A DNA stretch of 64,000 nt from positions 5,084,001 through 5,148,000 of the forward strand of contig CM102285.1 in assembly GCA_046563655.1 (NCBI GenBank). Direction: 5' to 3'. This document shows, in pieces, positions 24,770 to 37,884 of this stretch (positions are counted from its first letter, which is position 1; each line of letters starts with the position of its first letter). The notes under the pieces are model-generated. The model did no database searches and was not told the DNA's origin. It saw nothing but the letters and a program-made list of their open reading frames with translations. Both the position numbers and the translations under genes were made by a program. This stretch comes from Yuukianura sp. NJ FZ-2021 (Eukaryota).

Positions 24770-26262
24770 TACTAGCTGTTCCTTTGTTGGTCTCCCAGGA
24801 AGGCTGGGTCGATGGTTCCTCCACAACTTGTAGCAAGTATTGTTTCTGTTCCTCGCGTTTAGTAATAATTGGATGAAAATCCTTAACAAGGGCGATTCGA
24901 CTTTCAGCGATGTCGTTGAACACCTTCGGTTTCGATGCTCTCGCCATTCCAGGCCAGACGTGGGCACCTAGGGTATGTAGGGTATGTACGGAGGGGTCTG
25001 GGAGAATTTGAAAGGTCGGAGGGGGTCTGCAAAAATTATAAGATCGGAGGGTTTGCGGGGTCAGAAATGACTTTTGAATGTCCAAATTCAAAATTTCGCT
25101 GCGCCTAACGGCGCAGCTTCATTTTTATTTCAGTTTACCTTCAATTTGCGGGGTCAGAAGCGACTTTTTCGAACGTTCAAATCCAAAATTTCTCTGCGCC
25201 TAACGGCGCAGTTTCTTTTTTTGCCGGTTTACCTTCAATTTGCGGGGTCAAAAGCGACTTTTTAATGTCTAAATCCAAAATTTCGCTGCGCCTGGCGGCG
25301 CAGGGAAGTTTTTACTACAGTTTGGCTTCAATTTGCCGGTCAAAAGCGACTTTTGAAAGTCTAAATCCAAAATTTCGCATGCGCCTAGCGGCGCAGGGAA
25401 GTTTTTACTACAGTTTGGCTTCAATTTGCTGGGTCGGAAGCAATTCTCGTAAGTCAAATCAAAAAAAATCTTTAACAAATGAAAAAAATTTACATATTGG
25501 TCGGAGGGGGGAGAGGGGACCCCCGGTCGGAGGGGGGCTGACATGCCCACTGGTGCCCAGGTCTGTTCCAGGCTGGTAGTCTCCATCTGTTTCCCATAAC
25601 GTGGGACCATGTTTATGAATCCTGTTTGAATCCTAGGGGCTTCAAAAAGCTGGCACGTGTTTTGCGTCACAAAATTAAACAATTCCGCTGCTGGCATTCT
25701 ATCTTCGCTTAATTCCGCCCTTGACATTGATGCCGAAGAACTAGGCTGATGAAGAGCTTGAACCATCACACGCTTTTGCTCCACAGAAACTTCTTTCTCG
25801 AAGAATGCTAATCCAACGAGTGGTTGGCTGAGATACAAGAGGTGACCCAACTAACTCGTAATTGTTGCATCTGCAATTTTTGCATTGATATTCCTGTACT
25901 CCATGAGAGACTTTAAAAATTCCAAATCCCGTCTAGGAGCGGCAATAGGGTTTGTCGCTCTGAACCAAAAAGACACTTACAGCTTGACGCCAAAAATGAC
26001 GAAATTCTTCAGATGTTGGAATTCGTCTTGAGGCATCTCGAACTGATTTCGAAAAATGAAAATCTTTATAATCTAAATAATCGATAAATCAGTTTCAGAA
26101 TCGACATCCAGCGGGCATGATCCATCGCACAGGCCGTTGAAAATGGACTCCACGTTGGGGTGCTTCTCCAACAAAAATAATGATTAGTTCAAGTAAATCC
26201 TTGTAGTCACCCTTGGGCTGCTTCTGTTGTTGCAATGTCTTGTTCGCCGAATGCACAAGGGA
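24770..26262 (-). pseudogene. Degenerate DNA transposase C-terminal region (HARWM / HLxYLS / ND.AE family; Spy/PHIS-like by recollection)
   Basis: Broken frames give QPKGDYKDLLEL, AMDHARWM, WF..TNPIAAPRRDLEFLK, HLLYLSQPLVGLAFF and, across an insertion, VFNDIAE..IALVKDF..ITKREEQKQYLLQVVE. Stops and frameshifts present. Confidence 0.75.
24955..25565. mobile_element. hAT-type MITE with four roughly 95-bp internal repeats, inserted in the transposase
   Basis: TIR CAGAC(G/C)TGGGCACC, 8-bp TSD TTCCAGGC at 24947-24954 and 25566-25573. Confidence 0.85.
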
Positions 26263-26719
26263 TGTTCTGGAGTCCGCGAGAACAGCATCTACCTCATCGT
26301 CATAGTCGAAATTCTGCTGTGAGGGTCTCTTACGGGGATAAGAGACCTCACACCGGATTTGGTGTCAGCATATGCTCTGTCGAGTTAGGAGAGTATATGC
26401 GGAGACCCGGGAGATAGAGGACAGTACTCGGGTAGAGGCCCTCCAGTGAGGATCTCTCTCCGAGGAAGGCTACTCGAGTAGATTACCGGTATAGTATAGT
26501 TGAGAGTCCTACCTGAGATCGAGGGTTTGGTTGTTGTGAATAAAGATCATCGGGTTGGTCTATTCTGATTTGTCTTGAGAGTTATTGTCCATTGTCACGG
26601 GTTACTGAGCCAGGCCGTTCGGTATGTGGGACGACGATGCTCTCCAGGAGCCGACATCGACGTGTGAGAAGGCACCTACGAGAGGGATTCCCACATATAA
26701 GGTCCTATTCGAACCGGAT
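26263..26719 (+). mobile_element. BEL/Pao-type 5' LTR plus degenerate tRNA-Tyr primer-binding site
   Basis: TGTT...ACA with an internal AATAAA, followed by GGTCCTATTCGAACCGGAT, close to the BEL PBS TGGTCCTTCGAGCCGGA. It begins where the transposase homology stops. Confidence 0.65.
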
Positions 26720-26775
26720 TCCACTATTTTTTTTCAGATCTGGACACAAGGTAGTACCATTTCATAACTAAATGT

Positions 26776-27235
26776 GTCCAAGGCACGTAGGCCGGGGGGA
26801 CTAGAGCTCCGGCTCTCTCCTACTAACACCTTGGACGGGCGCGTGTTCGAGTCCCGGCGTCGCCGACACGAAAGTCGTTTTCCAGAAATGGTTTTTCCAC
26901 TTTCCTAGCCCAAATGGGGTGTTCGGATGATAGGTCAGTTTGGGGGGTTATGGGTGCGTGTGAAGAGGTCAGTAGTTGCAGTTGTGGAGGGGGGTCGTGG
27001 GCCGGTATGCGTACGATGCTGTTCCTGTCACTTGCCTGGAGCTGTGATATGTGGTAGGGCCCTAGCCCGTTCAGCTCTAGCAGAAAGCCTTTCGTCCTTC
27101 CCTCAGAACCTCTTTCCAACTATCTGACTGTACCACCGCCCCACCCCATAGGATCTCAACCCTACCAAAAAACTCCCTACCCCTGTTGATAAAGCTGAAT
27201 GCTAATGTCGATTAACTCTCCAACAACAACAACAA
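26776..27235 (+). mobile_element. tRNA-derived SINE, full length
   Basis: B-box/T-arm GTTCGAGTCCC, acceptor-like pairing GGCACG/CGTCGCC, (CAA)5 tail and perfect 13-bp TSD CATAACTAAATGT at 26763-26775 and 27236-27248. Confidence 0.85.
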
Positions 27236-27644
27236 CATAACTAAATGTACGGGGTCTTTATTGCTTTCTTTTAGTTACGCACCGTGAGGGTAAGATAAAT
27301 ATTACGTTTTAAACAATTATTGGCACATAGGCGACATTCCGGTTTGGTTAAATATATATTGTCACAGTAACAACGAAAACACTTACTAACATGCTCCTCA
27401 CGGTTGTGCTCGAACGAGGAGAAGAGCATAAGACAATGACGACAATATAGACATTCCTATAATTTTCAAACTCTTCTACGTTTTTCATATTACTACCACA
27501 GCTGTTACAGTAGTTACATCCGGCAAAGCGTTGCTTCTTCTCCTTATCGGTTGTTAGATGGTTCTTTTTCTTACGTAACTAAAATTACATGAAACATTCA
27601 AGGTTTTAGTTCCTATGTTTAGTTCCATGGGGAATAGTTGAGCC

Positions 27645-29138
27645 TTACCGTGAAGCCGTGCTGGGAACATACACAGGAGCTGCAGGCGAGGGCGTGAATA
27701 TCCGTGGCGCTGACGCACACCGTTGGAGCCTCCGTGCACAGCATAAAATCCTCCTCCAACACTCCTTGTCTACCACATAACTTTCCCGGTTCCGTTGACT
27801 TATTCCAGGAATTAATAAAACCTTAAGTTCTACCACTTCAGTTAATATATGAATTAAGACTTCATGGTCTAATCCACAGTTGAAGTCAATGGGAGTTCCA
27901 ATTCGATCTAATTTTAAATAGTACAAATACTTAAGTGCTGAAAGGGTTTGCATTAAATCCCTTCTAGCAATACTACAACCTTTTAATTCTAAAAACTGAA
28001 GAGATTCTGGAAATGTGGGCTTAAATGTTATCCGATTACATGGCTCAAACCCACCTTCACCTAATCTAAACCTAGTATGTACATGAGGTAATACTTCCAT
28101 GTCAACTCTCTCAAATTTATCATTTGAGACAGTTCTTCTATTCTAAAGGGCCCCAATATTACTCAAAATATTACTCAAGTTTAATAGTTTCAAAGAAGTT
28201 AGGCTCCTTCCTACAATAGTACTTAACCGATTTAAGCTCAGTACATCTAATTCTATTCTAATAGTTTCAAAAGAATTTGGAATTCTACAGATATTCCACC
28301 ACAACGATACCATACTTGGATGAAAATAATATAGGGGACACATACTACAGAAATATTTTTAAATTTGGAAAACTACAATTAATTGTACCGTTAAAATTAC
28401 AGAGAGGACAGTAAAATGGAGGGGGTTCACAGGCGACCTCAATTGTTACTAAAGTTACTCGATTCTTAATAATAAACTCAAAAAAGTTACGAACACACCT
28501 TTCAGAAAAAGTGTGACAAAGTTTCCCAAATCTCTTAAGATTTGGGAAACAAATACTCTTACCCAAAAACTTAGCAACTGGACCACCCACAAGTTGGTTG
28601 TGCTGTGTATCAATAAAGTTAGAGTTAAATTCTATACTAGTCAACTTAGTTAACCCAAAACACATCCGATCCAAAATCTTTCGACCCTACTCTTCAACAA
28701 GCATTAAAAATAGAAATTTAACTGAATTCACCACTGAACACTTTTCTAAAGCTTCCCTAATACAGTTTTGGGAAACTGGACCTGAAAACAAAATACTTTT
28801 GACAAGATGTGGATACTTCAATTCTGGTAAATATGGATCCGCGATTGAAGACAATTGCAGAAATTTGATTTTTTTTTGAATTTATAGAAATCAACTGTGG
28901 ACAAATCTGTATGAAACATTGTCCACATTCCTACATTGTCTATTGTCTCTTCAAACGTTTTTGAAACTGATCTCATTGCTTTAAGATCATCATTTCGAAG
29001 AAATGACAGGATAACTTCAAAAACCTACATAAAAAAAAACAACCAAAAATAAAGGTTTCTTTTTTCACAGAACATTTGAATTATTTTTTCTTTCTTTTTT
29101 TAAAAGAGTACCTCCAATGGTAAATCTGCCAAATTCAT
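27645..29138 (-). pseudogene. F-box plus leucine-rich-repeat-like protein, frameshifted
   Basis: Spliced N-terminus MNLADLPLE|VFEVILSFLRNDDLKAMRSVSKTFEETI..W is F-box-like. Downstream FPNLK, LTSLKLLNLS and LQFLELKGC segments are LRR-like, in several frames. The 3' end is uncertain. Confidence 0.75.
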
Positions 29139-29792
29139 TTTGTTGTTGTTTAAGTGTTGAAAGTTGATAAGAAACTCAGTCGTATAAAAATCACTTTTGG
29201 ATTTTTGATGTGTTTTTATTTTAACAATAAACTTGTAACAGAATACGAGGCACCACTGACTATCTTTCCTATCTAGGTCAACTATGACTTTTCCTTGTCC
29301 TTGTCTATTATGTTATTGTAAACTAAATGAGGTGACTTAATTACCTACTTTGTAATTAGTCTACCAAATCCTGTTTTTCTCCCTTACCTAATTTTCATTT
29401 ACGTCAGTAGAGGTGGATGTCCTAATTCTAAATTCCTAATGTGACGCATATTCTTGTTTGTATGATTTAAATTATGCTAACCATATTTTTAACATTTAAT
29501 ATGTTAAAAATATATACCCATAACCAAATTTTTTTTAGAAGTCACAGACAAAAAAAATGTCAAACACACTGAATTCAAATCTAAAGCAAGTAGCTCCTTT
29601 TATTCTGGAAAATAACCACATTCCAATTGAACAACAACAGAAAAAACTAATAGCGACTAACATCATTTTAAAGTAGGGGGTGTACAACTCAGTTTTCAAA
29701 AAAACCTCAATTCTGAGACAGGTCAATAACTTCATCTTCTGTCTCATCTACAAATTCAGTTGTAGGAGGACCCTCCCCAATCTCACTAATCA

Positions 29793-31300
29793 TCAACTCC
29801 CCCCCCCCCCACCCTCAGAAACTCCTCCCTCTTCATCCACGGTGATAACCTCTTCAGACCCACCAAGGTTAGTTGGTTCAGGGTCAAGTAAAGTGCCAGA
29901 AGTAACGGTCGATGAATTACCAGGCTTTCTGGCTGTTCCTACTCGTGGTCGTTTCGCCGCACGACCCACTCCCAAAGTGTTCAACTTCGGTGCAATCCCT
30001 GCATATTGATGACTTGGGCTCATTCCAGAACGAAAAGGACAATTAGGAAGAAGCAAGAGTTCCGCAAGAGACGGTGAGGGAGTGAGGGGCGGGAGATCAG
30101 AACTTGGACAGTTGACGCCTTGCATGTTAAGGGTCGGTCGTAATAAAGTCGTCCCTACCAAAGGAGGTTGGGTCATCAACCTTGGATCATCCTGCGAAGC
30201 TGATGTTTGCCCACGGGGAAGAGTGACCGGACCAAAACCTACAGCATCGGCGATATTACTTGGTCCTGCTCGTTCTCCTTCGTTTCGCAGGGCCGTCAAC
30301 CCAGACAGATATGTTGTTCTCAGATTACTAAAAAAGTGTTTTTGTAAAAAATTAGTTATTAGTCCCACCAACTTTTAAAAAACTACAAATTCTTAACACT
30401 TACTAGCCAGAAGCAGCTTTTCAAAAGCAGACTTGATGGAAGACAGCTCTTGCTCATGCTTCCGGCTTAGCAGGATGATACAATTCTCTAAAACAATTCA
30501 AATATTTTGGTTGGTTAGTTAAGTAGTTTCAGTCAATTAATTTTCAAAAAATTTAAACTAGTGAGTTGAACCAACCTGCTTACGATCGCATTCTCAAGAT
30601 CTTGCTTCAGCTTATTTTCCACCAAGGCACCCCGCGCAAGCGTCCTTCCATGGTGTTCAACTCTGCTCTCAACCGAGTAATTTCAGTAATTTGTGTTTCT
30701 CTGACAATTTTACTCAGTTTCAGAACTAATTTCTCAAAATAAAAAAAACTAACTTACGCATCCAATTTTCCTTTCAACTCATCTACTCTGCGACATGTAG
30801 TCTGGATAGCAGTTGTTACTGCATCCATCGCGTGGCTGAAATTTTTTTTTGTCGAGAGAAAATTGAAAAACACATTTACCACAAATATCCAGAATTACAA
30901 AAAACATTTTACTTACCTCACATTCAGGTAGTCCCCTGCACCGTAATTGAGCATGACCCGGAATCCATTGATCTGATGCACCTTCGACAGAATAGGCGCA
31001 CCACACTGTGGACTCGGAATGGGAAATGGACACGGAGTGCTAAAATTTGTTTAAAATTAGCTAACCATAGTAGTCACAAAATTTACAAATTATAAAAAAA
31101 AGTACCTTCTGCTTTGATCATGTGTGTTGACCACAACTTCAACAGCAATGATTTCCTTTATTAGACATCTCCTAAACCAAAATTCACAAATGAGTTTACA
31201 TACAAAATAAAAAAAAAATTTGTAAACAATTTTACAGTGGAAAAAAACAGTGGAAGGCGTGATAACATTCCGTGACCCAAACAGTTGCATGGGCACCAGA
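29793..31300 (-). CDS. Uncharacterized multi-exon gene with coiled-coil and Pro/Gly/Ser-rich tail, possibly decayed
   Basis: Short GT-AG-bounded exons (e.g. ...RGLPECE|gtaag, ITEITRLRAELNTMEGRL) and a long GC-richer last ORF 29793..30371. No family recognised. Confidence 0.4.
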
Positions 31301-31874
31301 AATCTCCACAAAGGCTGGATTGTTATCAATTATTGAAAACTTACACAAACTACAAGTAGCAACAGGCATTGTGCTGCGATTGTGTTAGATTTTCCGTGAT
31401 TGACTCGTCAACTTTAGAAAACCAACACTTTTAAGGATTCAAAACATAATTAAAAAAATCTCATCTCAAGTTCAAAAATCTAGGGGTTTGTAGAATTAAA
31501 ACCAAAGTCTCAAGACAAATCCAACAACTTGATATCACTTTTCAACAAATTACATCTTGGTGTTATGGGGGGATCCAGACATATTAGGGCGGTGTGGATT
31601 GATTGAAACTTTGTGTGTTACAAATTTTTACCCCAACACATAATGTTTCCCTAATTCAGAAAAAAATATTTTTTTTCTGTCTTTTTTAATGATTTGTATT
31701 ATAATAAAAAACACTCATTCGATTTTTCAAAAAAAAAAAAAACCAAACTTGAATTTCACTTAACTTTGAATTCAGTTTTTATCAATTACAGAAAACTTCA
31801 GAAACACTTCATCGTAGGGGGGTAGAGTAGAATTAGTCTTCGCTTTTAATTAGTTTTCCAAAACTCCATACTCT

Positions 31875-34800
31875 TTCTTTTCATTTTCATTTATTCTGAA
31901 AGTTTCCTATATTCACAGGTTATTACACCTCAGCACATTATAAGTTTAGATTTAGATTTTTTTTGACTACTTTTTAGATCTCTTAATTAGGGTAGGTTAT
32001 AAAATGTTTAGATTGTTAAAATTATTAAAATTAAGGATGTACATTGGTAGAAATGTTATTATTTTTTTTAAAGTAGGTAGTTAATTAAATTAGGGAGTTT
32101 TTAGTTAGGCAGTAGGTGATGATTAATATGGCTCAGGACTATCAGCATTTTGAGCATTTGATAATTCAGTTTGCTTGTTGAGAAAGTGGTTAAAAAATTC
32201 ACTTTTGATTTTCTTGAATAGAGTACTACCAAAAACTAATTGCTGTAGCTCTTCTGGAAGAGACACAATAGTAGTTGATGCTTGAGTGATGAATGAGTTC
32301 ACGTGAAACGTTTTGTTTTTGCAAATGTAGCTTTCTTTTCTTGTAGACTTTGTGTTCTGAAGACAGTCTTTAATTTGTTCAATTGCAAGTAAGGAATTTT
32401 GTGGAGCCACATTTTTGAAACGGCTAGCAGCAGTTCAAACCGGTAAAGATGAGAGGGGGTCAACCACTCAAGTTCAGAGTTTATTTTCTCACTTACGGAG
32501 TCTCTTTTTTTCAGATTAAAGATGAATCTTGCACATCTCCGGGACAATTTGTTGATGCAGTTGAACTGTGTAGATTTACATGTTGACCACAGTATGACCA
32601 TGTAGCGAATGATTGGTGATCATCAATAATCGCGTAAGCGATGATCATCAATTTCCTGTTTTTTTCATTCAGAATGTGTTGTATAGGGTAGAGCGACCAC
32701 AGAACACTGTTACACTTTTTTGTTACTGCGATGATATGATCACACCAAGAAAGTGTATTGTCAATTACTAAGCCAAGAGACTTGAACGATGTTGTACTTT
32801 GTATGGTGACATTATGAACTTTTAGTTGAATTATCCCAAGTTTTTGAACCAGCTTCTTAGTCCCCGCTAGAAGAATTTTTGTTTTGTCGATGTTGAGCGC
32901 CATGTGATTGCGGCTCATCCATTCATCAATCAGGGAGATGATATTCTCGGCTCTTTGGATGAGTAAAGGAATGCGGTCAGGGTGGTCACCAATCACAATA
33001 TTGTTGTCATCAGCAAATAGGATTGCTCATCCATCGACTATGATATCCAAAAGATCGTTTATCATAATTGCAAAAAGAAAAGGTCCAAGTACTGATCCCT
33101 GTGGCACAGACAAAATAGTTTCACTAGTGGTTGAGTTTACATTATTTAATTTCACAGACTGGGACCATTCATTCAAATACGATTCGAACCACTCAGTAGA
33201 GATGTTGTACCACTTTAACTTGTCGATCAGTATTCCTTTGTCAACAGTGTCAAATGCCTTCTTTAAATCAAGGGAAATCACCAAACACACTTCACCACGC
33301 TGAATATGACTGTAAATTAGCTCAGTAAGAGCAAGTTGAGCCATTGTTGTAGAATGATTCTCTCTAAAACCAAATTGAGCATTGTTAAGTATTGAGTTTT
33401 TGTTGATGAATTGAGTAAGTTGTGAATGGACAACTTTTTCAATTAGTTTTGCGAAAGTAGGTTGGAGAGAAATCGGTCTGGTGTCAGATGAGTGAAGCGG
33501 AGAGTCAGTTTTTGGAAGTGGTACCACTGTAGAGTGCTTGAGTGAGACTGGGAAAGTTTTAGTAGAAAAACTTTTGTTTACTAGTTTGACAATAATAAGG
33601 GTTGATTTCTTCCACGGTGAAAGGAATTTGCATACTAGTTTTCTTTTTTTTCGCTTTGATTTTGTCAATTGCCTTAAATGGGCCAAGTTTATCAATATCA
33701 ACATTGAGAGAGTTTCGCCTGTCATACAACGCTAAAAACTTGATTTCTTTTTTCAAACTCTGTAAACGACAGATTTGAGTCTCAGATTTGTTTCTGATTT
33801 TTAGTAACTGATCACGTTCACGAATTGACTCTCTAGTCTTTTCTGAAATGGTTAATGTACTTTTGTGGGGAAAGAAACTAAATCACTTCGTCGTTCAAGT
33901 TGACACATTTCTCATTAAAAGTGGTAAACACATTCTTCAGTCCAAGTTGTTCAAAATCGAAATGTTTGTAGTCTGCATAGCTCACTTTCTTCTTTTGGAA
34001 TTTTGGTTTGGAGATGTTGACCGTGATTTCTGTCACACAATGATCTGAAATACCACGGTCGGCTACATTAAAATTCAGCACGATCTTTGCATTATTTGTT
34101 AATACTAAATCAAGTACTGAGTCACCGCGAGTAGGAACATTCACTAACCGCTCAAAGATGGACATTGTTTGCTTCAGCCGTTTTTGAAATGATTTAGGGA
34201 TGTACTTTTGATTTATCAAAAATATCTATCTTATCAAAAATCTTGAAGACGTTATCTGCGATTATATATGGGAAAGAAAAAGAAATTGGTTAAAAAACCA
34301 TTCGTTTATCTGCCAAAGGCATTAGGTGGTCTTGGGATTAAACACCCAAAAATTCAGAGCTTCATATTTCAAATTAGAGATTTAAAAGAATTAACAGAAG
34401 TCAATGACAATCATTATTACCTCAAAAAATCTAAAACAGATACTCTTGAAATCTTATTCGAACATTCATATGAAGATGATTATTTCTCTGAACTCTGTGT
34501 TGCGATCAATAAAATCAAACTAAACTTCCAAGAGCTACCTGAAGCTCTTTTAAATAAAATTTGTATACAAAATAGGTCAATCTTTCCGAGACAATTAAAA
34601 CTACTTGAATCAATTGGAATGAAGTATATTTCTGAAATTTCTGCAGTTAAAGAATTAACAGTTCCAGTTTTTCGCAAACGAACTTTTGAATCCGACATTA
34701 AAACTTTTGAAGAAAATTTAACTTTTTTTAAACAAAATTTATCAAGGAAGGGTCAAAAAGTAAAGTTGAAAGCGTTTAATCCAATTGATGGTGCGTATAT

Positions 34801-37045
34801 TCCTTACAGCAATACAAATGAATATTTCACAACTTTCTTTGCAATTTTTCACTATGAGAAACTTTCATTAACCGACAAACAGGAACTGAAGTCGAAAAAG
34901 TGGGAAAGATTAAAAAATGAGTTACTGCCAATCCATATTAAATCTCTTATTTGGAGACTTTGGCATAATGCCATTATCTCTTTTGACATTGCCAAAAATA
35001 TGGGTTTAATTTCGGATGGTAGTTGCCCATACTGCCGCCAAACAAAGACTAATTGTTCACACTTAGTTTTGTGTACATCTGCCAAAAAATTGTGGGAATA
35101 TGTCCAGTTTTTATTGCAAAAATCAAATTCAAGGGATCTGATGTATGATAAGACTTTTGGTTGTAATAACGATTTTGCTAATTACCTTATTTTTTGCGCA
35201 ATATACATTTTATACAATAGATTTATCTATAATATTAATTCTGGTAAGACAGATTTTGATATTTTAGGTAAATATAAGCAATTTCTATTTCAAGCTATAT
35301 ATTTAAGTCTTCATAGCTTTAGAAGTAAGAATGACGTAGCAGAATTTAGAAGACTTCTGGTCTGAAGCTGAATTTATTGAAATTACCCAAACTTCTGTTG
35401 AAATTAAGTTGTAATTTTATTTATATTAGAGTTTATTTACTTTGTTAATAGTAATTCAGTTTATTGCTAATTCTTCTTTATCTAGATACTACCATGCCTT
35501 TGTAAACTCAATCACTTATCCAAAGAAAATAAATCTTTCGATTTCTTTGTTAAAAAAAAATTTTTGATTTAGATTAAAGTCCCCTAAAACAAAACAGTTT
35601 TTGTTTGATGCACTGAGATCGTTGAGCAATTCTGAGATGGAGTTCAAATCTGCCGAAATCGATTCTGTACTATAGTCGGGGATTCGGTAGGCACTACACA
35701 CAATAATTGATTTGTGAAAATTTGATTGTATCGTAGCACACACAACTTCGAAGTTTCGGTTGAATGGTAGGGAAAGGATTTTTTCACTGTATTTTAAGTT
35801 TGATCGGATTAGAATTCCTACTCCGCCTTTCGCTTGCCATAAACGGTCACAATGGAGGAAATTGTAGCCTTCAACGATACGTGGAGGATGTTTAAGACTG
35901 AGGTGAGTTTCCGAGATGCAAAGAATATCAATGTTGTACATGTCTAGAAGCAATTTTATTGAATCGCACTTTGAGTTGTAACCATATACGTTCAGACCAG
36001 CAATTTTGGGTTGACTTTGTGATTTACAGTTATTTCTTAGCCAGGATGGAGTATGGTTAGATTGTAGAGTGCGAATTGGAGAACTTGGAGTGAGGCTGCT
36101 ACGAGCAAATTGAGTAGTTGGTTGGTTGCTGCGTGGCATTGTTACATGGGAATAAGAAGGTTGTGAGTTTTGCGATGGTTCGTTCGTATTCGGATTCGGA
36201 TGTTGTCGGCGGGCTGCAATCTTTTTCCTGGTCTGAAGCGGTAGATCCTGGGTTATGTTGATGTGTGGAGATAGGTTTTTAATTAAATTTCGGTTCTTCC
36301 AGATCACATTTCTTGCTTCAAGAGACTTAAAGATGATTTTGATCGGTTTAGGTGGATTCTGAGGATTAGAGCGACCCAGGCGGTAATTATCATCAATTAG
36401 TGGAAGACCGATCAGTGGAAGAGCAAGAACAAAGATTTTTTCAAGTTTGGCTTTGAGAGAGTCAGGTCTCTCATTGTTGATATACTGGAGGCCATGTACA
36501 ATTAAGTTGCTTTTGTTCAGCGCTATTTGCAGTTTTTCCAATTCGGTATCATGTGATTGTACTTGGGTAGAGAGGTACTTCTGTGTGTCTTCAGTAGCAA
36601 GAATCCTGTTTTTAATAGCGGTGACTTCAGCGTTGAGTGACTAAAATTGTAGTCTGATTTCAGCATGATTTGTAGTCAACTTGTTGTTGATTGAAGCGAT
36701 GTTGTCGTTGATTTTGTTCATCGCAGCAAGGAAGGAGGCTCCGCCAAACTCGCCCATTTTCAACGATTTTGTAGAAGGGGATTCTTCGTTTTTTGATTTC
36801 CGTTTCCGGCCAATAGTGTTTGGGACGTCAGTTGACGTCATGAGAATTCATCAGTTGAGCAGGTTACTATATATATACCAGAACAGGGTGCCAGTATCTT
36901 TGACCTCAGTACAGTATAAGGATAGACCTTCGAATCTTCATTTACTAGGCAAACTTACTTATATAAAGTAGATCAGCTGTGTTCAGTAATTGATGAATGG
37001 GCTGTCAGAAGCAGTCGGTTTGGAGCCAGCTTAAGCTGCTCTCTT
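31875..37045 (-). mobile_element. Non-LTR retrotransposon (CR1/L2-group-like LINE): ORF1, APE endonuclease and RT, degenerate
   Basis: ORF1 NLIVHGL...YRLGR..PKPIKIIF...INITQDL; APE GLNV, ILCISETHL, GGVGILI, LGDFN, PTR..SVLDLVLTN; RT RPISL, QFGFR, LDLKKAFDTVD, VPQGSVLGP, LFADD; AATAAA plus TGAAAA tail near 31875-31895. The 5' boundary is approximate. Confidence 0.92.
34188..35560 (+). mobile_element. 5'-truncated L1/Tx1-clade retrotransposon inserted antisense into the LINE endonuclease
   Basis: ORF 34268..35365 has YLPKALGGLG and a zf-RVT-like region WRLWHNAI...CPYC...SHLVLC. AATAAA and a poly(A) end at 35560. TTTTTGA on both flanks. Confidence 0.85.
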
Positions 37046-37884
37046 ACCATTATTGCTCTTTGTCTGCATATTTGTACATTCTCATTTAGGGGGTTTTTCT
37101 TTGAAAGTGCAGGCTTTTCTTTTTAAAAACAAAATGCATTTTATGGTTTTAACAAAATCTAATTAAAATTGTAGCCTTCAACCTGCACAGCCTTGTGAGA
37201 ACCAAGGCCCCTCTTATTTTGGTAATTCGCTACATCTTCATCAACCTGAAATTTGAGTTTTTAAAATGTTGTACCGGAACAAACAACCCTAATTACTAAA
37301 AAAAGATACAGGTACTTACATCAGAGAGAATTCCGTCCAGATTATTTCCGAGCCTTTGCCCGTTTTTTCTGGTGTTTTCAGCTGCAGTTTCTTCCGACTC
37401 TTACAAAAACTTTGACGTTTTGTTCTAGAAACGCATGTACTTTATGCCCTTTTGGAAAACGTTTTTCAAAATTTTTAACACAAAAATTATGAAAAGTTGG
37501 CAAAGTCTCCATTTTCTTTAGAATGAATTAAATTCTCTTTCTAGACACCCTAAGTTGAAACTTCTGCTACTTTCTAACTCAAGAACTTTGCTTTGTAACC
37601 AGTTAGCATAAAAAAAGGTTACATATAATCATTTGTTTAAAACCCAATGATCGGGTTTACGAGTGTCAATTCACAAAGTGTCAATTTTGTTGTGTCAAGT
37701 CAAGACACAATATATGGCTTTTGTATTTTGATATGTGACGAGAAGGCCTAAATTTTCTGTGAAGATTCTTACACGTTTTCTCATACATCTCAACACAAGT
37801 ACAAAAAACTCAAAGATAGAATGAATCAAAATTCAAAAATAATTTTCTTAAGTCCAAGGCCCGTAGGCCGTAGGCCGTAGTCCA

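Noticed and set aside
23965..25440. Regularly spaced repeats as a CRISPR array
   Set aside because: Units are tandem without unique spacers, lie inside MITEs, and the context is eukaryotic with no cas genes.
26648..26660. GAGCCGACATCGA, reverse complement of a conserved LSU rRNA peptidyl-transferase-centre 13-mer (also in the duplicate)
   Set aside because: Flanks show no rRNA similarity and it lies in an LTR-like sequence; likely chance.
26776..26880. Functional tRNA gene or self-cleaving ribozyme (HDV, twister, hammerhead) at the SINE head
   Set aside because: The cloverleaf is imperfect and continues into a SINE body. TAACAC and GAAA are present but the required pseudoknots and core motifs are not.
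26823..27119. Duplicated 98-aa ORF (also 38272..38568)
   Set aside because: Antisense reading of the SINE; no protein features.
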